Below, piece after piece: positions 45,340 through 54,400 of a stretch of 64,000 nucleotides of DNA. Each line of letters starts with the position of its first letter. The stretch's first letter is position 1. This DNA comes from Candidatus Poseidoniaceae archaeon. Lineage in GTDB: Archaea; Thermoplasmatota; Poseidoniia; Poseidoniales; Poseidoniaceae. The notes beneath the pieces are model-generated. The model was given only the letters and a program-made list of their open reading frames with translations, had not been told where the DNA came from and searched no databases. The translations under genes and the position numbers were made by a program. Location of the stretch: positions 6,534 to 70,533 of the forward strand of contig JASLKG010000004.1 in the NCBI GenBank assembly GCA_030747695.1, in the 5' to 3' direction.

Positions 45340-46460
45340 TTAGGGTTAGTGGACAAATCACCAGCTAGATGTCTTCGTGAATCATAATCTGGCTGCACCC
45401 ATCCTTCAAAAGGAGGAATTCTTTCTACTTCTATCCATTCATCTGAAGAAATATTTTTACACTCAGGGCAACGAATTCCTTGATTCTGACCCATGGATTT
45501 CATTCTAGTCCCACAATCACATATTGGCCTGCTTTTTGCAGTGGAGTGCAGGACTTTTATCGCTTCTATATGTAACATTCTTTCGTACTCCATTCCTACT
45601 ACTGCAATCTCATCCCCCTCTGTTAAAAATTGCGAAATCAAATTTACAGGCCCTCCTTCCCTAAATGAAAGCAAAAAATCATTAATGATAATATGGCCAC
45701 CTTTCATCATTTCTTTCCTCAAAACAGTATGCTTCGAGCAACCAGAAACATGATCCCAACTTGCTTGATTAGTTTGGAAAATCCTACTTCCGGTTGTAGG
45801 TGAACTACCCTCTAACAATATTTGTGTACTTTTTTTTGCAACTGATTTGGTAGTTGCTCTTACTCCAAACATTACAGGGCATGGCCCACGTGGGGAAATC
45901 AATCCTCTTTCTGTTCTTGGATCACGGCATAGGAATGTGCCTTCAAAACCGTCAACAATTTTCAGAGCACCTTCATCTACCAAACGTTCACCTTTTCTCC
46001 AAGCAATACCTTCCCATGTTGAATTATTCCCTGGCCATGCGCAGGCTGCTGTGGCTCCAATTCTACCGTGTCCACCCCATTGTATTCCTCCATCAATAAA
46101 GGTGGCCTCGCCCCTAACTGCTTTCCAATATAATTCTGGATCGGGTTGAGTATCGAATAGAACCATTCCCGGATCAGATGGAAACTGTTCTCTACTATCA
46201 TGTTCAGATAATGATATATTCCCTTTTAATGGTAATATGTATTTATTCCAATATTCATCAAGCCACTCGGCAATCCCCTCGTAATTTTCAATCTCAACAG
46301 CAAGAGCAGCATTACCTCTTGTCCTTCGAGAAGCAAATGGCCAAAGTCGTACTAATCTAGGCTCACCGTGACCACAAGGTAAGGAATCAAGTAATTGATG
46401 GAAAACTAATGTTGTACAACCTCCTGAAAGGGAGTCTGTGTCATCAAGTCCTAACCACAT
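45333..46460 (-). CDS. tiaS: tRNA(Ile2) 2-agmatinylcytidine synthetase TiaS
   Basis: N-terminal LGLDDTDSLSGGCTT (TiaS kinase-domain signature), an OB-like middle region and the C-terminal zinc ribbon CDCG..CPEC. Confidence 0.85.
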   Translation of the reverse strand: MWLGLDDTDSLSGGCTTLVFHQLLDSLPCGHGEPRLVRLWPFASRRTRGNAALAVEIENYEGIAEWLDEYWNKYILPLKGNISLSEHDSREQFPSDPGMVLFDTQPDPELYWKAVRGEATFIDGGIQWGGHGRIGATAACAWPGNNSTWEGIAWRKGERLVDEGALKIVDGFEGTFLCRDPRTERGLISPRGPCPVMFGVRATTKSVAKKSTQILLEGSSPTTGSRIFQTNQASWDHVSGCSKHTVLRKEMMKGGHIIINDFLLSFREGGPVNLISQFLTEGDEIAVVGMEYERMLHIEAIKVLHSTAKSRPICDCGTRMKSMGQNQGIRCPECKNISSDEWIEVERIPPFEGWVQPDYDSRRHLAGDLSTNPKW

Positions 46461-47065
46461 CAGCCCACCGGGTTGAACTCATCCCCTTCATCATTGCTGA
46501 GAATTCTATGGATAACGCTCGGCAATCCAAGTTCTGAATCTACGTGAAACAGTCTAGCTCCAACTGCCCATCCAGCCCCCATATCTGATTTTCTATCTCC
46601 CACCATTAAATCTAGCACGTTTATTGGACTTGGTTTATTACCCCACCAGTCAAGAGTTGTGTGTGCGACGCTGCGTAGTAATTCAGATGCGTGATTGAGC
46701 ATTCCAGGGTGTGGTTTTCTACATCTACATTTTTCTGAAAATTTATGTGGACAAGTCATTATCACATCGATAATTCCTATTTCATATTGCAGTTTAGTAT
46801 GGATTTTTTCAAGGGCTTGAACATCATATAATCCTCTGCTTATTGGTGATTGATTAGTAACAATGACAATTCGATATCCAGCGCTACGTAACTTAGATAT
46901 TGATTCTTTTACACCAGATATTATCTCTAATTCATTTGGAGATTTTATGTACTCAGGGGAACCATAATTTAGGACACCATCTCTATCTAAGTATGCTATT
47001 GGAAAATCTGATTCTTTGCCAAAAGCGCCTTGATTATATTCAACCAGTGGCCCCTCCATATACAT
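46460..47065 (-). CDS. HAD-IIIA phosphatase (GmhB / histidinol-phosphatase-like)
   Basis: YLDRDGVLN (DxD nucleophile), IVTNQS, the zinc site CPH..CRCRKPHPGM and MVGDRKSDM. Confidence 0.8.
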   Translation of the reverse strand: MYMEGPLVEYNQGAFGKESDFPIAYLDRDGVLNYGSPEYIKSPNELEIISGVKESISKLRSAGYRIVIVTNQSPISRGLYDVQALEKIHTKLQYEIGIIDVIMTCPHKFSEKCRCRKPHPGMLNHASELLRSVAHTTLDWWGNKPSPINVLDLMVGDRKSDMGAGWAVGARLFHVDSELGLPSVIHRILSNDEGDEFNPVG

Positions 47066-47135
47066 GCTACTAACAATCTAGTTCATGTTCATTCAGGCGA
47101 AGACCTTAGAGGTGGGTTCCTTTTAGTCACTAATC

Positions 47136-48071
47136 ATGGCGACTGATTTGTATGTTGATCGTTCGCTTGCTACTATAATCGGTTTTATTGGTTTATTTTT
47201 ATTGTTAACTAGTTGGCGTATCGCTAGAAATAGGTCACAATCGATTGCTGTAGTTGGATGGGTTTTAACAGGTTTTTATTTCTTTAATGATACACCTTAT
47301 TATCTGGCACAGAATGACAGTGTGCTCACAGTTATGTCAGCATCGACATTACCTGGTGCGTTAGCAATTGCTTGGTGGGAAGTAAACAGTTCCGATGAAA
47401 AAGACAGGAAAGCACTTCACTGGTTTAGGGGAGCTGTGGGTGCAGCAGGCTTGCCCTATCTTTTGATCGCACATATCCCTTGGCTCAGCGTTATTGCTAT
47501 CTGGTTTGTTGCTTGGCAAGCATGCTTTTTCCTGTCATTCGCAGGCGGGCAAGAAATTCAGTTGGGAGAGACGTATGTTAATCCAGCAAATGGCAATAGT
47601 ATTGCTTGGTCAGAGTGGGATGGCAATCGTTGGTTCTTAAGTGAGGAGATGAGAGAACATTCATTTCACACTCAATTGGTTAGTGATACTGGAGAAATCG
47701 GAATAAATTTTGTTCTTGCGTGTACAGCAATTCAAAGCATGATCATATTTGTCGGTGCAATATCTGTACTCGATATGAGTTGGAAAAAACGAGTGCGTGC
47801 ATTATTCATTTCATTAACTCTAATCCATATACTGAATCTATTTCGAAATGCAGGATTAATTTGGTTGCAATTAGGATATCCTGATTGGATATGGTTGGGA
47901 TTGAATATTTTCGATTTCGGACATATTTATGCCTCAAGATTTGGTTCACTTGCTGCTATGTTTTTATTGGCATTAGTTTTGTTTGAAATGTTACCACAAA
48001 TGCATCGTCATGTTTTACGCTTACTTAGTCCACTAAATTTGGGAAAAAGACCCACAAATTCAGTCAAATAA
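47136..48071 (+). CDS. Archaeosortase, ArtA-like
   Basis: Polytopic membrane protein. VLACTAIQSMIIFVG (catalytic Cys), ILNLFRNAG (Arg) and FDFGHIY (His) are co-linear with the archaeosortase/exosortase Cys-Arg-His pattern and with my recollection of Haloferax ArtA (VLACTG, ALNLLRT). Confidence 0.75.
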   Translation: MATDLYVDRSLATIIGFIGLFLLLTSWRIARNRSQSIAVVGWVLTGFYFFNDTPYYLAQNDSVLTVMSASTLPGALAIAWWEVNSSDEKDRKALHWFRGAVGAAGLPYLLIAHIPWLSVIAIWFVAWQACFFLSFAGGQEIQLGETYVNPANGNSIAWSEWDGNRWFLSEEMREHSFHTQLVSDTGEIGINFVLACTAIQSMIIFVGAISVLDMSWKKRVRALFISLTLIHILNLFRNAGLIWLQLGYPDWIWLGLNIFDFGHIYASRFGSLAAMFLLALVLFEMLPQMHRHVLRLLSPLNLGKRPTNSVK

Positions 48072-51000
48072 GTCTGACACAGTAACATGCTCAGCAGGCT
48101 CTTCAATCGTTCCAATGTCCATTGAAGGTGATTGGGCTGATTTTACCTCGCCTTGAATGAAAGCTTCGCTCAGGGGGTCATCATTGCGTTCCCATGATAC
48201 TTCTCTTTCGTCCTTTCTATTTACGAATAGTGCATTCCCTAGAAGCGCAATAAGAATACAACAAACGACAACAGATATTGTGTATATTATGTCGTTATCC
48301 ACTGTCGATATAAAATCAGAATTATCGCCAACTCCATCACCATCAGTGTCAACAGATTCTGTTGGATCATCAGGAAATTGGTCTTCTGCGTCAACAACGC
48401 CATCACCGTCTCTGTCAAAGGCATCAAATGTGGTTGTACACGTTTCCACGGCATCATCAATTTCGTTTCTGCTTATTTGTGAATCATCATTTCTATCTAT
48501 AGTAAAAAAGTTATAATCATTTAGCCATTGAACTGAAGACATATATTCGAGTGAAACTCGGTTTGAATCGAATTGATCAAAGATTATTGACAACTCATTT
48601 TCACAACTACACAATATTTGTTTTAATTCAGCGATATCAATTACACTATCCTTGTTCAGATCTATTTCATCAAAGTCAACATCTTGATAGAATCTATCTA
48701 GTTCACTTTCAACAATATCGTCATCATTATCGAGGTCTATTTCCTGAAATTCTTCTATTACTAAATCTATACATCCTGTAATTTCAATCGATTCTTGTTC
48801 CGGTTCTGGAACAGGTTCAATGCCAGGCCCAATTTCCATCCATGTAGCAACAATACCTAATTCGACAGTATCTTCATTAACATCCATTGTGATATCTATT
48901 CTGTCATTGACAAACCAGATATTTATTTGTCTTTGAACACCATCACCCTCAGCGTTTTCAATAGAATTCCCTTGTCGCCCTCCAAATCCAAAGTCGTCAA
49001 ATCCAGTCTCGGAAAATTCAGCAGATAATTCGATATCCCCGCTATCTCCCCAAGTTGTGATAGATAATTCAGTTGCGATTGAGTCTAAATCAATAAAGAA
49101 AAGTAATTGCGCATCCTTTGGGGCATTTATTCCGGATATTTCTTCACCATTATACAATTGGATTGGTTCTCCATCATAGGACCAAACATAACGATCCTCA
49201 AAAGATGCAGTAATCATTACTTGGCTAAAAGGGTCCTCATCTGTACCAAGTAAGATATACCATCGGCCAGGAGTTGGATCATTGAATGCAATTTTATCTC
49301 CAGCACCTGGGGAATTAGAATGCTTGTCATATGTACTCCATGTTGGATATTGTTCATACCTCATTGACAACTGAGCCTCACCATTACCATCGCTCAAATC
49401 AACCTCTAATCGTTCTACACCTTCCTCGACGTCGATGTAGAAGTATTGGTCTAGACCATTGTAACCGCTGAGAGGCCCATATGAAATGCTAGGGAATAAT
49501 TCGACGGCATCTTCTGGCTCAGAGTTGTCTGGAGGATATGTAAAATCTGCCTGAATAGTTACTTCACGACATCCTCTAAAGGCTGTCATCATAACATAAT
49601 ATATTCCTTCCTTAGCATCGAATAGACTTACCTCTTCATTGTTTCCTTGGTTTGAAGAATGTGCAGTTAATGAAGAGTCACTAGTAACGGTTTCTGATTC
49701 AATAAATGCCCATGGATTACTGGCGTCTATCCATGGAAGTACTCCTCTACCAATATGCAGGTCACATTGGCCATTTCCACCCCAAGTTTCTACCTTAAGT
49801 TCTGAAAGGGGTTCCATCAACTCAACATAGTAATACTGTGGATCTCCGTTATTGGGCTGAATACCTTGATTCGTAACTGCAATCCCATCATTTAGTTCTA
49901 GCATGTCCTCTAAGCTTGGCGGTTCAGGAGCAAGTTCCCAATTTCCTTTGATGAATAGTTCATCACTGTCACTGTTTGCTACAATAGTGATCCACCAGGT
50001 ACCTTTCTCTGGCCACTCCATACTAATGGCGCCATAGCCCCACCAAAATTCTATTTCATACTCGTAATCCCACTTTGTAGGGATTACTTCATGTGAGATA
50101 TATACACTAAATGTTGGTTCAGATTCAAAATCATCCTCATCAAATTCAAAACTTCCAGATGATTCCACTGTTATGCTAGCAAATTGTGTATTCTCTGGTA
50201 ATTCTGCAAAGAAAAGGTATGTGTCACCTTCCATGATCTCTTCTTCAATAACCATGTCTTGATTATTTGAAAGCTCAATTGCTTGTGCGACAATTGTACC
50301 ATCTGGCATAACCCATGCTGCGCCTATAATGTCACCACTCCTACCTTGGTAATCTTCGGTTGTACTACCTTCGCCTTCTGTAAATTGCCATGCAGATTCA
50401 TGGGCAGCGTTACTGATAATTAGATCATCAATCATGCCTCTGAAATAATTGCAATCACATCCTGCACCCATACGCCCAATGTACAGTTCATCGCAATCAG
50501 AGCCAGATTGAAAACAGTCGTTAGAACCGAAATCTCCTTGCGGAATTTGTGAATCATTTACATCAATCATTCCTGCCGAATTATTGCCTATGAAAAATTC
50601 ACCACCTCCCTGGGTATCGACAATTACTCTCACATGCGTCCAAACATTTTCCTGAATTGATATATTTGACATAGGATTGGATGAAATTGAATATTGATTC
50701 GAATAAGCCAAATAACCATCGTTAAGGTATAATCCCCATCCATAATCTCCTAACATTGTAATAAATTGAATTCCTACTTTATCAGGAACATTAATCCAAG
50801 CCTCAATCTCAATATGTGCCTCAAACTCTGGTAGAGTTTCACTAATTACGACATGATCATTGTCTCCATCAAATCTTAGTGCATAATTGGCTCCCTCTCC
50901 AACTTCCACAACACCGTAGACTGGAAAATATTGGGGGTCATCTTCGAGATCATTCCAACTTCCTGGCTGTATTGTACCCATGTTTGTACCAGTAATATGC

Positions 51001-51404
51001 ACATAGTCTTCATCATCACCAGTGTCGGGTTGAGAATCTCCCCAATTACGGTACAAGAAAGGAGTTCCATCATGCCAACGAAAATCACTTTCAGAGTTTT
51101 GATCACTAAGACCAATCCAAAGGTGTCTAGTTGTATTATTATCAACTGCGAATGTGTCATAAAGCCATTGATTCTCTGTAGCATTATTTACGGTTACTAA
51201 ATACCCATCAAGACTTCTCGCTTTCTCAGCTGCATCGGTCCATGAGGATGCAGTAAGGAGGTGATATGTGTGCCCATTTTCTGGATTAATTTCAGTACTA
51301 ATTACTTGTATTTCTTCTATAGATTCTGCCGATACTGTACTTACTAATGAGCTATATGATACCAAAATTAGCATCAATAGTGTCAGTGCCGACTTAATCT
51401 TCAT
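48060..51404 (-). CDS. Giant surface protein: signal peptide, C-type-lectin-like domain, LamG/ConA-like domain, PPC-like beta-sandwich repeats, EF-hand-like pair, thrombospondin type-3 (TSP3) repeats, TM and cytoplasmic tail
   Basis: Signal peptide MKIKSALTLLMLILVSYSSLVSTVSA. C-type-lectin-like domain: WIGLSDQNSESDFRWHDG..YRNWGDSQPD..WNDLED. LamG-like: LRFDGDNDHVV..YIGRMG..FRGMIDDLIISN. PPC-like: YYYVEL..GNGQCDLHIG and YFYIDV..GNGEAQLSM. EF-hand-like: DLNKDSVIDIAELK. TSP3: DRDGDGVVDAED..DTDGDGVGDN. TM: ISVVVCCILIALLGNALFV. The start is at ATG 51404 (the track used TTG 51422). Confidence 0.8.
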   Translation of the reverse strand: MKIKSALTLLMLILVSYSSLVSTVSAESIEEIQVISTEINPENGHTYHLLTASSWTDAAEKARSLDGYLVTVNNATENQWLYDTFAVDNNTTRHLWIGLSDQNSESDFRWHDGTPFLYRNWGDSQPDTGDDEDYVHITGTNMGTIQPGSWNDLEDDPQYFPVYGVVEVGEGANYALRFDGDNDHVVISETLPEFEAHIEIEAWINVPDKVGIQFITMLGDYGWGLYLNDGYLAYSNQYSISSNPMSNISIQENVWTHVRVIVDTQGGGEFFIGNNSAGMIDVNDSQIPQGDFGSNDCFQSGSDCDELYIGRMGAGCDCNYFRGMIDDLIISNAAHESAWQFTEGEGSTTEDYQGRSGDIIGAAWVMPDGTIVAQAIELSNNQDMVIEEEIMEGDTYLFFAELPENTQFASITVESSGSFEFDEDDFESEPTFSVYISHEVIPTKWDYEYEIEFWWGYGAISMEWPEKGTWWITIVANSDSDELFIKGNWELAPEPPSLEDMLELNDGIAVTNQGIQPNNGDPQYYYVELMEPLSELKVETWGGNGQCDLHIGRGVLPWIDASNPWAFIESETVTSDSSLTAHSSNQGNNEEVSLFDAKEGIYYVMMTAFRGCREVTIQADFTYPPDNSEPEDAVELFPSISYGPLSGYNGLDQYFYIDVEEGVERLEVDLSDGNGEAQLSMRYEQYPTWSTYDKHSNSPGAGDKIAFNDPTPGRWYILLGTDEDPFSQVMITASFEDRYVWSYDGEPIQLYNGEEISGINAPKDAQLLFFIDLDSIATELSITTWGDSGDIELSAEFSETGFDDFGFGGRQGNSIENAEGDGVQRQINIWFVNDRIDITMDVNEDTVELGIVATWMEIGPGIEPVPEPEQESIEITGCIDLVIEEFQEIDLDNDDDIVESELDRFYQDVDFDEIDLNKDSVIDIAELKQILCSCENELSIIFDQFDSNRVSLEYMSSVQWLNDYNFFTIDRNDDSQISRNEIDDAVETCTTTFDAFDRDGDGVVDAEDQFPDDPTESVDTDGDGVGDNSDFISTVDNDIIYTISVVVCCILIALLGNALFVNRKDEREVSWERNDDPLSEAFIQGEVKSAQSPSMDIGTIEEPAEHVTVSDLFD

Positions 51405-51458
51405 GAAAATGTGGAACACCAACTAATTATTGAAACCTTTCACTAGCAGTCAGAGATA

Positions 51459-54400
51459 TCAATTCATCTTTTTTCCACCAATTCTTAGTTCAGTTTTTAG
51501 CGGCATTTGATGTTCCCATGCAAATTCTTTTACAACTCTCCAACCCTTTTCAGCTCCTTCATATTCTGTTACCTCGATAATTTTGTCGCGTGTATTAGCT
51601 TTGAATGCTGCAACCGGTTCAGCATTTCTGAACACAAGATATGCACTCCCAAATCCAAATTTCTGCTTCAATACATCACTGAAATATGGTGCAATAGGAT
51701 CACTAGGAGGTAATACAAAATCTCTTATTGGTGGTACATTTTTCGCTTCATCCAGCATTGTTTTTCTTCCCCAACAAACTTCATGCAAATCTTGAACTAA
51801 AAATCCTTTTATTAAAGTACCATCCTCTTCGAAATCGGTTAATATTGCTTTTAGTTCTTCAGGCTTAAATGGCGTGCCAGCTAATTTAGTAAATTGTTTT
51901 AGGGTTATCACAGGATAATCTGAAACCATCCGTCTAAGGTATTCCTTTCTTAATAGCACTGGATCCATTCCCTTACGCGGAAATACTGATCTAAATCCAC
52001 CACGATAGTCTTGGACCATATGACCGCTTCTTAGAAGTGGCTGGATTAGTTTTCTGAATGCTGCACGTTTCATTGCATGTCGCTCCATAAATAGATTTGG
52101 ATCACTGTTGTTTTCGAAGAATTCAATGACATCAATTAACTCTTCATCAGGCTCTTGTCCTCGGATTGCTAAAAGTGTTGAGAAGTGGTCATAGGATGCC
52201 CACACTTGATGCCCCCTGAGATTAATACCTTGATGTAATCGATGAGCAGATGCCATGTTTTTCAGTGCAACGCGATACACTTCAGCTCTTCCACGCAATC
52301 CGAAATCATCTCGAACTTCTTGCACACTTTCAAGTGCATCTATCTCACTACCTAGTCGGGAACTTTGGTGAAGATTATGTCTGTGGAACAATGCCCTTTC
52401 AGCAATTTCTCTAGGTTGTGGGTCAACAATTCCACCACGGATCATTCTTTCTCCTGCTAACTTGAATCCAATTTTCTCAAGCGCATTGCGGGTGTTTTGA
52501 TCAATCTCTGTAACTGGTTCTCCATTGAATTGTGATAATACAGCCACATCTACTAATTGGTCTGAGTGGTTATCAAGAAGCCTCTCAAAGGCTCCACAGA
52601 ATTCATCTAAATATGCATATGGTATGTGCATATCTTTGATTTCTAGATAGTCATTAACCTTGAACATCAGAACCTTTCCAATAGGATCTACACCTTTGAA
52701 TACAGGCAAATACCATCCTCTATCTAGGACTGATCTAACTTCCCAAATAAATCGAGACACATATGGATCTGATTGAGTTAGAATCCTTAGTGTTCTGTCT
52801 TCACGGCGAGGTGAATTTAGTAACTTAACCTCTTCAGGTATCATGTAGAATGCTTCAGGATCTGGAACTAGTGCCATTACTTTCGAGATTTTACCTTCTT
52901 TTTCCAAATTATGTAAAGCAGCAGCTAATTCTTCAACACTTCTTGAAACATAGTAGCGAAGTGTAAACGCTTTTACAGGCCCCATTCTTTTGATTACTTT
53001 AACTAATGATTCTTCAAAACTAAGTGGTTGATATACATCTAATACCCTGTGGAATAATGACAGTCTCCTCCTCCTGCCAACAACATCCTCAAATTGTTTC
53101 ACAACACATAATTGCCGTTCTAGATTAGAAATTGCATTTTTCAGATCTCTCTGAAGAGACTTATGGTCCTCTCCTTTTGGAAAATCAATCAGCCATTCTT
53201 GTCGAGTTAAATTCTCTCCCTTGTGAATTTTTTCGAGCAATAATTTTTCCATCTCACCTAGCCATGGTTCTGGTTTCAAACCTAGGAGCATTGGCAGATT
53301 GTTGACAGTTGTGTATCCAATTCTATTATGTAACAATCTACCCATCATCACATCAGAATCCAATTGCAAATCCTTCCAATCAGCATATCTAAAATCTTTC
53401 ACTCTATACAACATTTCTTGTTGCTTTTGGAACAGTATGTGTTGATTAAATGCTGCAAAACCATCTGTGTATTCTTGAAATGACTTTTCCATGACTAGAT
53501 GCTGTACCCAACGATATTCAACAACATCGTCCTCACCGCCAGTTATCTTGTGCTCATCAACTTTTAGAATAAACTCAGCATCATCAGTTTGGGTATAGAA
53601 ACCAACTGAAATTACGTTACGTACTTCTAGTTCATGCAATATCGAATCAATTTGTTTTTGTGGAAATGGCAAGCGCTCATAAATTGTATCTCCTGTCGCA
53701 GGTCCTTCACTACCAAGCATTTCGATTATTTTGACACGAAGTGCTTCATGTGGATCAGAAATTTTTCTTTCCTCCCATTTTGTTGGCTTGCTACCATCAA
53801 ATTCAACAGCGATTTCATATGTTAGACCCTGAGTATATAGATCACGAACATCCTCAAGATTTTTCCCACCAGCAACCGAAATACACCCTAGAGTTCCATG
53901 TATTTCTGCCATATATGATGAGAACCATTTGTCATTCAGTTCTTTCATTCCAGTAGATCTTAACTTTGTCACCAAGCCACGTGAGGCTAAGTCCTCAATC
54001 CAAAGTTTGATCTCATCATGACCTGTACCTTCTAACTTTAGTGCATATAGCGGATTTTCCCAATTTCTATCAAGGCCCCCACCCTTTGCCATAAGGTGTA
54101 AAAGTGAATCTGGATCGAAAGGTTTCGGCACTTTGCCTGCATAATAATCTCTCAATTGTTCTTCGGTTAATTCTGTAGCTAAACTTCTACTTCCAAGTAA
54201 TCTTCTAAGTATTTCAGGATCAATGTCTTTGACTAGGAAAGCCCTCGTCTTCATCGACAATAAATCCTCAAAGGTTGACATGTACAAACTCATTCCCAAT
54301 TTACTTGGCACTGGAACTTTTGTATGCACAATTCGGACGTCACTTTCCTTTGTTGCTTGCAAGAATTCTGTCAGACCAGTTAGGTCAATATCAGCAAACA

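Noticed and set aside
50901-51278. C-type-lectin fold as the variable protein of a diversity-generating retroelement.
   Set aside because: The window contains no reverse transcriptase, template repeat or Asn-codon-rich variable region. The lectin domain is also N-terminal, not C-terminal as in DGR targets.
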